DNA from: Octopus sinensis
Lineage: Eukaryota
Reading direction: 5' to 3'
Assembly (NCBI RefSeq): GCF_006345805.1
Contig: NC_043001.1
Location: forward strand, 64,108,001-64,172,000
Length of the DNA stretch: 64,000 bases
In this document: positions 52,245-64,000 of the stretch, in pieces
Position numbering within the stretch: position 1 is the first letter of the stretch
How the letters are laid out: each line of letters begins with the position of its first letter
The notes under the pieces: model-generated
The model's input: the letters and a program-made list of their open reading frames with translations, nothing else
The model's database searches: none
What the model was told of the DNA's origin: nothing
Translations under genes and position numbers: made by a program

Positions 52245-52689
52245 CATATGTGTACCTATACATACCTACACATACACACTTATACATACAAATACAAACC
52301 CATTCCCTAATTTTAATTTTATTATTATCTTCATTTATTACTTTTGTTATCTTTGACCGCGGGTCACAAGCATCTTGGCTATCGTCCCCCTGGGGACGAC
52401 AGCAAGTCCATTTATCTTTCTACTCGAACACAAGCACTCACTCACGCACGCACACTCATTCGCACGCACACTCACTCATTCGTACACTCATACACATACA
52501 CGCACGCACGCGTTATATTCATACATACATACATCTACATACATTCACATATATACACATACGTACGCGTACCTACAGATTCATGTCTACACGCTTACAC
52601 ATACATACCTCAATACACCCACAGAAGACTAGTCCATAGATATACACCAATAAATATATATACACACATCCATATACACCTACATACAA

Positions 52690-52743
<54 letters not shown>

Positions 52744-52744
52744 A

Positions 52745-55246
52745 ATCCTTAAATCCTTAAAAATGTTTTAGCCCGAAGGCCGCGCCATGCTGGGGCACCA
52801 CCGCTGAATGAGCCACACTAGTTTGGTGAATCCACCTCTGATATGTGGCACTTGATCAACAAGGGAGTTCGATGCTGCTGCCCGCATCCGTGTCTCCTGT
52901 CGTGAGGTAGGTTCATCGGGACTCCCAACAGAAGAGATCCAGTTTTAATTTAAAGAAACCCACATCCACACCATGTAAGTCTCTCAGGCATTTAGGGAGG
53001 ATGTTTGAAAAGCTGTGGTCCTCTGAAACCCAAGCTGTTGCGTATCTGGACCTGTATTTTGATGGTGATTGGAATCCTTGGCACCACGCAGCGGCGCCCC
53101 GTTCTGCTTTGGAGTAACTTTGAATGCCAAAGTTTGGGATAAGACCCTCCAGGATTTTCCAGATGTATATTACTGCATATCTCTCCCGCCTCCGCTCCAG
53201 GGAGAAGAGGGTTTAATACCTTCAGTCTTTCCCAGTAGCTGACATTTTGCATTGAGACGATTTTCTTTGTGTAGCTTCTCTGAGTTCTTCGAGTTCTGCT
53301 GTTTGTTTTATATTTGTGTGGTGACCAAAGTTGGGAGCAGTAGTCCAAGCGGCTGAGGACAAATGTTTTCCATAGGACCATCAGTGTCTCCTTCTCTCTT
53401 GTTCTGAAAGTTCGGAGAATCCATCCAGCTAGCCGTCTGCATTTTATCACCAGATTAGCAATATGCATTTGGAAAGATGCATCATTGCTCATGTCAATGC
53501 CCAGGTCACGCACTGATTTTGACTCAGGGATTGCAATTCTCCTGGGCCAGTGTATCCAGTCTTCACGTCATTTACCTTTGTGTCCAGTAGCGCAGGGCCT
53601 GGAACTTACCTGCATTAACTGCATGTTGTTGTCCTCAGCCCACCTGTATATTGTGTCCAGCTCATGTTGCAGATGCGCAATTTTTCAGGGTTCTGTATTG
53701 CGTGGGAGACCTTTGTGTCATCTGCATAGCTAGCAAGGGTGGTCATCGTAGCAACTGAAGGCATGTCTGAAAGGGCCACTATGAACATCAGTGGCCCCAA
53801 GACAGTGCCCTGTGGGACACCCGCTTGTTATTTGCGTTTCCCGGGAGGTGGCTCCATTGCTCACAACTGCCTGTTTTCTGTCTTTTAGGGAAGTTGTGCA
53901 GCCACTCTCCAAGTTTCCCGCCTATGCCGAGACCACGCAGTTTGTGACAGATCATACCATGGTCGACTTTATCAAAGGCTTTTGCAAAGTCAAGATATAT
54001 TACATCCACATTTGAGCCTTTAGTAGCTGTTTCAACACCCAGTCATAGTGTTGCAGGAGCTGTGTTAGGCAGCCTCTACCTGGTCGAAATCCATGCTGGG
54101 TGTCAGACAGTAAGTCATTTTCTTCAAGGAACATGATTATTTTCTTGCGGACTATTCGTTCCATGACTTTGCTGATGTGTGAGGTCAGAGAGATAGGCCT
54201 ATAATTTTTAGCATCTGCTCTGCTACCTCCCTTATGGATAGGGCATATTACCCCCTCACCCCCTCTTTCAGTTTGACTGGAGCTTACCACTTGCAAAAAG
54301 CTCTGAAAAAGAAGCTGTAGCGGTTTTGCAAGGCTCGTTTGCACGATTTGAGAAGGATCGCTGGAATCCATCAGGTCCAGCAGCTGAGTTGTGTCAATCT
54401 CATCAATGGCTAGTGTGATATCATCTTCTTCGATGTTGATGTACTCAATTTTGTCTCTTTGGCCGCTGGTAAAGTGGCAAAGAATTCTTCTGGGTTGTTT
54501 ACTTGCCTGTGTCCTAGAGGTGTAGTGAACACACTTTGGAACTGTTCGTTCAGTATTTCACTTATCCTCGTGGGATTTCCTGTGAGAGAGCCATCTTTTT
54601 GGAAGAGAGGTCCTATTCTCTGGTGCACTGTGGCTGTCTCTTTGGCAAACTTAAAAGAAATTTAGGGTTTGATTTATATTCTATTACCCAAGCTTCTTTA
54701 TCTGCTCTCTCCTCCTTTTCATGGGACTGATGTAGACTTTTCTCAGTTTCCATTAGCATTCTTTCGAGCCGAGACTTCTCACCACTTTTGGTGTGCTTGC
54801 TCAGGCGGTTTGCAATCCTTGTCCGTCGTCTCATAAGAATCCTCCTTTCTCTAGGGATCCTGTTTTTATTCTTGTGTGTGCTGGCCCTGCACATTGGGAC
54901 ATATTTGTCACATATGGCTTGTATTATGGACATGAAGTGTTTTGTTTCATGTTTATGTCCGGTGTGGAGAGACATTCAGGCCAATCCTGTTTGAGGATCT
55001 CTTTCTCAATCGACTTCCAGTTGGCTTTATGAAAGTTTAAGTTGGAGAGATGGTGGGTGCTTCGTATAGGCTGTGTGTCTGCGGGGGCTTTTGTTCCATA
55101 CATAGACAGCTCTATTATGTTGTGATCCGAGATCATTGTCGGCATCACATTAACATTATGGATAATATCCATATTGTTTGTAAAGCAAGATCCAGTATAT
55201 TATCTGCCCTTGTTGGTTGCAGAACTATTTGCTCCATGAAAGAGGT
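52745..55246 (-). mobile_element. CR1-clade LINE, 5'-truncated within the endonuclease, frameshifted
   Basis: [52 protein letters not shown] and LDYCSQLWSP motifs; 3' tandem (TAAGGATT)2 tail; inserted in (TA)n. Confidence 0.92.
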
Positions 55247-55278
<32 letters not shown>

Positions 55279-56618
55279 GATATATAATATATATATATAT
55301 ACGTATATATACATACATATACATACACCCATACATACATACATATATACACATACACACACCCACACATATACATATACATACATATACGCGCATACAT
55401 ACACATACATATACATACATATACATATATATACATATATACATATATATATATACATATACATACATATACATGTACATACATACATATACATATATAC
55501 ACACACACATACATACACATATACATACACACACATACACATATACATGCGTACCTATACACACACCCACACGCGCGCATCCATATATACACATAAGTAC
55601 ACACATGCGTAAAAGTATACATATATCTATACATATGCTTACACATACACACACACACGCGCGCCTCCTTATGTTCATATACTTACATGCATACTCAAAA
55701 AATAAATAATAAAATATATATATATATGTGCAGTTATTCATATACATACATGCATACTCAAAAAATAAATAATAAATATTAAGTATATATACGTGCAGTT
55801 TTTATATGTATGTATCCATCTGTATAATAGGTAACTGCACGTATATATACTTAATATTTATTATTTATTTTTTGAGTATGCATGTATGTATATGAATAAC
55901 TGCACATATATATATATATTTTATTATTTTTTTTTGAGTATGCATGTAAGAATATGAACATAAGGAGGCGCGTGTGTGTGTTGTATTGTAAGCATATGTA
56001 TAGATATATGTATACTTTTACGCATGTGTGTACTTATGTGTATATATGGGCTCGCGCGTGTGTGTGTGTATGGGTACGCATGTATATGTGTATGTGTGTG
56101 TATGTATATGTGTATGTATGTGTGTGTGTATATATGTATATGTATGTATGTACATGTATATGTATGTATATGTATATATATATATGTATATATGTATATA
56201 TATATATGTATATATGTATATATATATATGTATATGTATGTATATGTATGTATATGTATGCGCGTATATGTATGTATATGTATATGTGTGGGTGTGTGTA
56301 TGTGTATATATGTATGTATGTATGGGTGTATGTATATGTATGTGTATATACGTATATATACATATATATATATATGTATGTATTTGTATGTAGGTGTATA
56401 TGGATGTGTGTATATATATTTATTGGTGTATATGTATGGACTAGTCTTCTGTGGGTGTATTGAGGTATGTATGTGTAAGCGTGTAGACATGAATCTGTAG
56501 GTACGCGTACGTATGTGTATATATGTGAATGTATGTAGATGTATGTATGTATGAATATAACGCGTGCGTGCGTGTATGTGTATGAGTGTTCATGTCAGGT
56601 CTCCGCTTGGAGCTACTG

Positions 56619-56675
56619 GTAACATGTAACCCAGTACAACCTGTTACATGGTTGGGTCGTTGGTGACTAAACTGG
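56619..56675 (+). ncRNA. Candidate HDV-like ribozyme / structured 5' leader of RTE
   Basis: Motif conserved with the minus-strand RTE 5' end (~33505-33570); nested pairings CCAGT/ACTGG, CATGTA/TACATG, CC/GG, GTC/GAC and a C-TAA junction. Confidence 0.45.
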
Positions 56676-57309
56676 CAACCCCACCAAGATTTCTTGGTGA
56701 GGAGGGTGATTTGGACACCCAGCAGGACTAAAAACAAAACCTGTCAAAGGGCAGAGGAACTCTCTCATGAGTCAATGGCCATCCAAAATCCGGAGTGGAG
56801 CCCCTAAGGCGGTTGGATTGCGCCATGCGTGCCACCTTCCGGCAGCTCCTGCATCTTGGTCTACCCCCAGTCGTCTTGACTTTGTCTTGCCACTGGATCC
56901 GGCGCACCAGGACGAGAGAGTGAGGCTGATCCTGCGCAAGTCACCCTCACTATAATCCAAGTCACGCGCATGTCACGACATCATGACGCCATGACACCAT
57001 CCCAAAGTCCTGTGGCGATGGGGAAACGGCGAAGTAGCAGGTGAGGATACACTGGGAGCTGCAGTCGTGAACCCACACACAGGCGGCTCAGGACATGTGG
57101 TCGCCCCTCACTGAACTGAGGCAGCAGTGGAGTCCGGCAGCCTCCTGAGTGACCGAGCAGCCCTCTTCAGGATCGCTCTGCTCGCCTCCCCAGCATGAGG
57201 ACGGGGCTAGAAAAGGTTGCCCTAAACATAGCCTGCCTCACCTCACCCTGGTCAGCAAACCGCGGCTGGCGGGGATCCTTTCCAAGCGGTCGAAACAAAG
57301 AAAGAAGAA

Positions 57310-60300
57310 AACAAACAAAGGTGCTCACTTTCGCAACTTGGAACGTGAGAACTCTGCTTGACAACACCAAAGCGGACAGACCAGAGAGACGAACTGCCCT
57401 GGTGGCCAGAGAACTGAGCCGATACAGTGTCGATATTGCAGCACTGAGCGAGACCCGCCTTGCGGACAAAGGCCAGCTGACAGAGACAGGCGGCGGCTAC
57501 ACTTTCTTTTGGAGTGGTCGCAGCAGCGAAGAGCGTCGTGAGGCTGGTGTTGGTTTTGCCATTAAGTCAGTACACGTGCGGAAACTGGAAAGCTCCCCCC
57601 GAGGGTATCAACGATCGGCTGATGAAGATGCAGCTCCCACTTGGAAACAAGACTAGTGCGACCATCATCAGTGCTTACGCCCCCACCATGACCAACCCTG
57701 AAGAAGTTAAGGACAGGTTCTATGAGGAACTCGACTCCCTCATCACGTCAGCCCAGCCTGGGAAGCTCATCCTCCTTGGGGATTTTAACGCCCGTGTCGG
57801 GACTGACCACCAAGCCTGGCATCGCGTACTGGGAAAGCAAGGAATCGGAAAGTGCAACAGCAACGGACAGCTCCTCCTGCGTGCGTGTGCCTCTCATGAT
57901 CTTACCATCGCCAACACCTTGTTCCGTCTGCCAACACGCAACAAGACATCATGGATGCATCCACGCTCCAAACACTGGCATCTGATAGATTACGTCATCG
58001 TCAGGGCGAAAGACAGGCGGGACGTGAGACTGGTCAAAGCCATGTGCGGAGCTGACTGCTGGACGGACCATCGCCTCATCATCTCCAGGATGGATTTCTA
58101 CATCCGACCTAAGAGAAGACCACAGGGTCAGAAAGTGACGAGGAAGCTTAACATCACGAAATTAAAGAACCAGCTGACTGCACAAGATCTCCAGTCACGT
58201 ATGGACAGTAAGCTGTTGGACATTCGGAGTGACCAGTCCAGCATCGATGAGCAGTGGGAATCATTCAGGGACACGGTTCATTCCATCGCCCTTGAAACTC
58301 TGGGCCAAATTACGAGGAACCACCAGGACTGGTTCGACGAAAACGACCAGGAAATCCAAAAGCTCCTGGAAGAGAAACGCCGTCTGCTGCGGGCTCACCA
58401 AAATGACACCACCTGCACGGCAAAGAAGGCCGCTTTCAACAACATTCGCAGCACAGTCCAGGCTAAACTCTGCCTCATGCAAGACGCATGGTTAAGCGCC
58501 AAGGCGGATGAGATTCAGGATACGCAGACAAACACGACACCAAGAAATTCTACGAGGCGCTGAAAGCTGTCTATGGACCGCAGTTCTCCTTTGGATCAAC
58601 CCCCCTGCTCAGCTCAGATGGAACCTCACTCCTGACTAACAAGAGGCTGATCCTGGAGAGATGGGCAGAGCACTTCAACATCGTGCTCAACCGACCAGCC
58701 CAGATCAACGAGGAAGCCATCGCACGACTCCCCCAGGTGCCGACAAACCACGAGTTGGCTGTTCCCCCTGCAGTCGAGGAAGTGAGCAGAGCCATCAAAA
58801 AAATGTCCACCGGCAAAGCTCCAGGCTCTGACGCCATCCCTGCAGAGGTGTTCAAGTCGGGCGGCCCCACCATGATCAGTCAGCTCACCAGCCTGTTCCA
58901 GTCGATGTGGGACAGGGAACAACTCCCTCAAGATTTCCGGGATGCAACAATCGTTCACATTTATAAGCGGAAATGAGATCGGCAGTCCTGCGACAACCAC
59001 CGAGGTATTTCCCTCTTGTCCATAGCAGGCAAGATCCTGGCCCGGATCCTGCTTGACCGCCTTCTGGAACACTTGGAGCAAGGCCTTCTCCCTGAGAGCC
59101 AGTGTGGCTTCCGTGCGGGTCGAGGGACCACTGACATGATATTCGCCGCCCGCCAGCTCCAGGAGAAATGCATGGAGCAGCACCTTGACCTCTGCATGAC
59201 CTTTGTTGACCTCACCAAGGCCTTTGATACAGTCAGTCGGGAGGGACTATGGAAGGTCATGGGAAAATTTGGTTGCCCCAGCAAATTTATTGCAATTGTC
59301 CGCCAGTTCCACGACGGAATGACAGCCAGAATCCTTGAAGACGGCGACTCATCTGAAGCCTTCCAGGTGACCAACGGAGTCAGGCAGGACTGTGTCCTGG
59401 CCCCAACACTGTTCAGCATCATGTTCTCGGCAATGATGTCCGACGCCTTTAGGGACTGCAAGTCCGGTATCAACATCAAGTACAGGACAGATGGGAAACT
59501 TTTCAACTCCAGGAGATTGCAGGCTGTCACAAAGGTGAGGGAGACAGTCGTCAGAGACTTTCTCTTTGCTGACGACTGCGCCCTTAATGCAATCGATGAG
59601 CAGGAGATGCAGCTCGAGATGGACAGGTTCTCATCAGCCTGTGACAACTTCGGTCTCACCATCAGTGCAAAGAAAACTGAAGTGATGTTTCAGCCAGCCC
59701 CCGGCAAACAATACCATGAGCCTCAGATAAGGGTGAACGGACGGATCCTACGAGTGGTGGAAAACTTCACCTACCTGGGCAGCACTCTCTCCTGCAATGC
59801 CAACATAGATGCTGAAACCATCAACAGAATCTCCAAGGCAAGCAGCGCGTTTGGGAGACTGCGAAAGAAAGTCTGGGAGCGGAGAGGAATCAGCCTCAAC
59901 ACCAAGCTGAAAGTCTACCGGGCAGTCATGCTTACCACCCTACTATACGGCTGCGAGACGTGGACTGCTTACCGAAGGCACGAGTGCCAGATAAACCACT
60001 TCCATCTCAGGTGTCTTCGGAATCTCCTTCACATCCGCTGGCAGGACAAAGTCCCAGACACGGAAGTTCTGAAGCAGGCAGATCTCCCTAGCACCATCAC
60101 AATCATGTGCAAGGCCCAGCTGAGATGGGCGGGCCACGTCTCCCGCATGTCCGACACTCGCATCCCAAAACAGCTCTTCTACGGTGAACTCGGCCAGGGC
60201 AGGCGCAAAGTCGGAGGGCAGAAAAAGCGCTACAAGGATAGTCTCAAGGTCTCTCTCAAAGACTTCTCCATCGGAACAGAGACCTGGGAGACACTTGCTG

Positions 60301-60524
60301 CCAACCGCTCATCCTGGCGCAGCGCAATCACCGTGGGAGCAGGGACAGCCGAGGAGGGACGGATTCGGTCAGCGGAGCAGAAACGTCAGATGCGTAAAGT
60401 CAGAGCCGCCTGCACCAGTAGCACTGCCCCTACCCACTTCTGCCCCACCTGTGGGAGGGGCTTCCTTGCCCGGATTGGCCTCACCAGCCACCTCCGGTCT
60501 CATGGCGGCAGTTCCATCAGATGA
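57310..60524 (+). pseudogene. RTE endonuclease-reverse transcriptase ORF (three lesions; 59016-60524 open)
   Basis: ORF-track pieces 57195-57656, 57514-58563, 58683-58976 and 59016-60524. Confidence 0.92.
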
Positions 60525-60817
60525 TGTCAGTTGGTCATCTTCGAACCGAAGGACGAACATTATTATTAGTATGAGTGTACGAATGAGTGAGTGTGCGTGC
60601 GAATGAGTGTGCGTGCGTGAGTGAGTGCTTGTGTTCGAGTAGAAAGATAAATGGACTTGCTGTCGTCCCCAGGGGGACGATAGCCACGATGCTTGTGACC
60701 CGCGGTCAAAGATAACAAAAGTAATAAATGAAGATAATAATAAAATTAAAATTAGGGAATGGGTTTGTATTTGTATGTATATGTGTGTATGTGTAGGTAT
60801 GTATAGGTACACATATG

Positions 60818-60890
<73 letters not shown>

Positions 60891-61043
60891 ATATATGGAC
60901 TTATGTGTGCATGTGTGTATGTAGATATGTGTGTGTATGTGTGTATGTCTATGTGTGTGTATGTATATATTTTTGTGTGTATATGTATATGTGGGCGTGT
61001 GTGTATATATACATGTGTGTGTATGTGTGTTTGCATATGTATG

Positions 61044-61100
<57 letters not shown>

Positions 61101-61365
61101 GTGTGTGTATATGTATGTGTGTATGTATATGTGTATGTGTGTATATATATACATATGTGTATATGTATAAGTGAGAATCTCCTTATTTACCTAAAACTCT
61201 ATTCTTCTATATATTTTTTTATTCTTTTATCTAATTTACCACTGACTCCTTGACCACTCCCCCAAGTATGATATTTTTGCGCTATGCCTACCCCCAAAAA
61301 GTCCCCCACCACCACCCCTTTAAACCTGCCTAAATGTATAAATGCCAATACAATTCTTGTTAACT

Positions 61366-61416
61366 AGCTTCCTGATGATTTCTCTTGAATGAAACAGTTC
61401 TAGTCCTGTAGAAGCT
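61366..61416 (+). ncRNA. Type I hammerhead motif with a true stem III
   Basis: AGCTTC/GAAGCT; CTGATGA 61372-78; stem II closed by U-U; GAAA 61391-94; CAG/CTG; UA 61409-10. Confidence 0.7.
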
Positions 61417-61425
61417 CCTTCTATA

Positions 61426-61510
<85 letters not shown>

Positions 61511-61639
61511 GGAGAATTCACAAAAGATAAAGACAGGTAGTGTGGACAAATATATATATATATATACATACATATAGAAACATGTATATAAATACACAGT
61601 GAAAGTAACTGAAATTGAAACCATATAATAGTGAAACTA

Positions 61640-61906
61640 TTATCTCACATTACAATAGAGATGTTATTGTTTCACTTTTGACACGTGATACTGAAGCAGT
61701 GTAAGAAATAAGAGACTGCTCCGAGCTCGCTTTAGGCAAGAAATTGAAAAATTTTCTGACCCATGACACTCCATAGACCCTAAGTAAAGCCAGTGTAAAA
61801 TCTGAATGAAATTGGTTAGGTAGTTCTCAAGTTTTAGTGATGCCCACATACAGACATAGACAGACAGACACATGCACACATACATTCTCAGTTTTATATA
61901 TATAGA
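61640..61906 (-). mobile_element. Helitron-like element 5' portion
   Basis: Minus strand starts TCTATATATATAAAACTGAGAATG followed by a (TGTC)n tract. Confidence 0.45.
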
Positions 61907-63329
61907 TAGATATAAATATAAGTATAGCATAAGCAACCTTAGAATGAAAGGTGTTCAAGTCATGACAAACCTGTTTCGTTTTCAGTAATACTGTAGTACT
62001 TTCCTTTTTAAAACTGTAGGGTTTGAATTGAAAGAGATTTAGCATAGAGACTCTCTTGTTATCTCATGATGAGTTACGCACTGACTTAATACAGGGATAT
62101 AAACACCGCAATAGTGTACAACTACTAAAATACACACACGCATGCATGCATGCACAACACACAATAAAATAAGCCACTATTATGAAATATAGTTGAGCAA
62201 TAATTCTTCAATATACAACCTTGTTACATTACATGTTCAGACACTTGATATTACATGATATCCTTCCAGCTATAGATGAGCCAACAGTCAAGTATTTGAT
62301 TTCAAAGACTGTCACGCATCCCCTCTACACCTACCCAACAAACTTATTATTGTAGCTGTGTGTTAGTGTTAGAAACAATATAGTCGAAAAGAGTACCAAT
62401 TAAAGAAGATACAAGTCCTGAGGTTTACCAGGAGACCTTCATCATTTCAAAATAAAAAAATTGTACAATGCCTATGTCCAGTCTCATCATCAATGCTGAG
62501 GGTCAGGTACCATGGATGCATGCACCATTTCTCTTCATCGATATCTGCCTCTGGCCATGGCTCTTCATTTCTCATTGACTCTTCCATCCAGCACCACCCT
62601 AAATTGGTGACCATTCGACACTGGAATATTTCTTTTGGAAATATTCTCTAAAAAAATTTATAGCATAATTATGCTACAGAAAGTATATTTTGACCCTAGA
62701 TGATATACATTTTGCAACACTTGAACCTTGTGTGTGTACATTTTGCTGTTTTGAATTTTATTGCTTCATGACATTAGTTAGAAGTTCCTGCCTGGATATA
62801 TCATCATTACGTATAGCCTCAAACTAGAACAAGACGTTTATAAATGCTGACTTTTCAATGAATTTCTTTTACCCAAGAGATACTGCAATTTGGAATACAG
62901 AATTACAGCCTTTACTTGAAGCAATTTTTTCTTACAACAGCGCCCTTCATATAATTGTTTTGTTCATTTTCTTCTAAACCATTTATACGACTTCTTCAAA
63001 GTTTTTCAAAATGGCTGCCCGTCTTGTTCAAGTTTTCTTTTGTTGTGGGACCTCGTGGAGTTTTGTACCTGTGCAGAGATGCCGAACGTGCATGCTGCAT
63101 CTTACTGTTGCTTAAATTTTTCCCACTCACCACCACTGAAGAAGATGGCTTCCGATTTCTATCAACATTTGTGTTATTGAGGACATTGGTCCTCCAACTT
63201 TTCATCAGTTGTGCCACTGCCTCAAGTTACCTACTATCGTTGATTCACTCCTCACTGCGCTGGACTTCTTTCTCCACTCACTGAGCATCTAAAAAGTCTG
63301 TGCATGACGAATGACACCATTTTGCTAAC

Positions 63330-63830
63330 TCCTACTCAACTCAAAGCTTTTGATGCTGTAAAGCACTCTCTCTACAGCATCCCTCCTTGTGTTCTGTTTC
63401 TCTGATGCAAAGCTTTCGCTTGTGGTTAATGCATCAGACACTGCAATCATGCTGTATTACAGTCCTTTCATCAGCAACACTTGCAACCTCTTACCTCCTC
63501 TGGACTCACTCAAGATTTCTTCACCTGAATTTGTGATGTGTAAACTCCATACTTGCCTGTGTCAACCTCTGCAGATCCTGTGACATCTTGACAGATTCGC
63601 CTTGTCTCTTCATCCCACTGACTCATTGACGAGCTGTTTTTTAAGCCCTGCTTACTCCGCTTCCGTCACATCCACTTTGATCTTGTTGGACCCTGGCCTG
63701 TTAGTCTTGGATACGCTTCTATTCTCACTCGGTAACCTGACACCATGCCTGTAATTGATATTTCTTACTCTGTGGCACGAGCCCTGGTATCAGGCTGGTT
63801 ATTGCGTTATAGACTTCTCTCACACTCACT
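63330..63830 (+). mobile_element. Gypsy-like pol relic (RNase H and integrase fragments)
   Basis: DAKLSLVVNASDTAI (RNase H start) and FRHIHFDLVGPWP...SVARALVSGW (integrase) in broken frames. Confidence 0.7.
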
Positions 63831-64000
63831 GCTCTATACACGTTATTTTTGATAGACAAGAGGACTTTGCAACACTATATACATAAGCTGGCCCAGAGTA
63901 CCTGCTATTTTCTCATTTTTGTACTTGCCTTTTCAAACATTTACATTGTCTTTTGTCTGTAAAATTTTTCAACGTTCATATAAACATGCCTGCACCCAGC

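Larger units (their letters stand above)
56590..60568 (+). mobile_element. Full-length RTE (BovB-like) LINE with 10-bp TSD
   Basis: TSD GTATGAGTGT at 56580-89 and 60569-78; ~0.7-kb 5' UTR; APE (FATWNVRTL, LGDFNARVG, TDHRL) and RT (QCGFRAGR, VDLTKAFD, FADDCAL); (TTA)n tail; two frameshifts and one TGA (58974-76). Confidence 0.95.
51092..61435. repeat. Giant nested inverted duplication (centre spacer 55801-55832)
   Basis: The arms are reverse complements once the pLTR (51450-51975), CR1 (52745-55246) and RTE (56590-60568) insertions are removed. Confidence 0.92.

Noticed and set aside
56590-60568. GC-rich blocks as bacterial contamination
   Set aside because: They encode eukaryotic non-LTR or Tc1 proteins and have TSD or TIR junctions with host-like DNA.

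Overview
This is an AT-rich eukaryotic window packed with microsatellites and transposons. I recognise no host protein-coding exon. The tRNA-derived SINEs, RTE/CR1/Tx1 LINEs, Tc1/mariner, piggyBac, Helitron-like and Penelope-like elements (PLEs) point to an octopus genome; this is recognition from memory, not a database search. Large elements: a full-length Tx1-like L1 (34486-39852, 17-bp TSD), a full-length RTE (56590-60568, 10-bp TSD), truncated or deleted RTE, CR1 and Tx1 copies, three PLE ORF remnants, a Tc1 (17937-19635), a mariner (9066-10339) and a piggyBac relic. The most striking hidden layer is about 20 type I hammerhead ribozyme (HHR) motifs, folded by hand, from several PLE pseudo-LTR families. 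Three unrelated families carry a compensated U3-A8 core (UUGANAA); others carry CCGANGA or CUGUUGA cores. The motifs recur as outward-facing inverted pairs, from 160-250 bp mini-palindromes up to a 10.3-kb nested palindrome (51092-61435). Two diverged RTE families also share a covarying, HDV-ribozyme-like structured 5' end. No ribozyme activity has been tested, and some frameshifts may be assembly errors.
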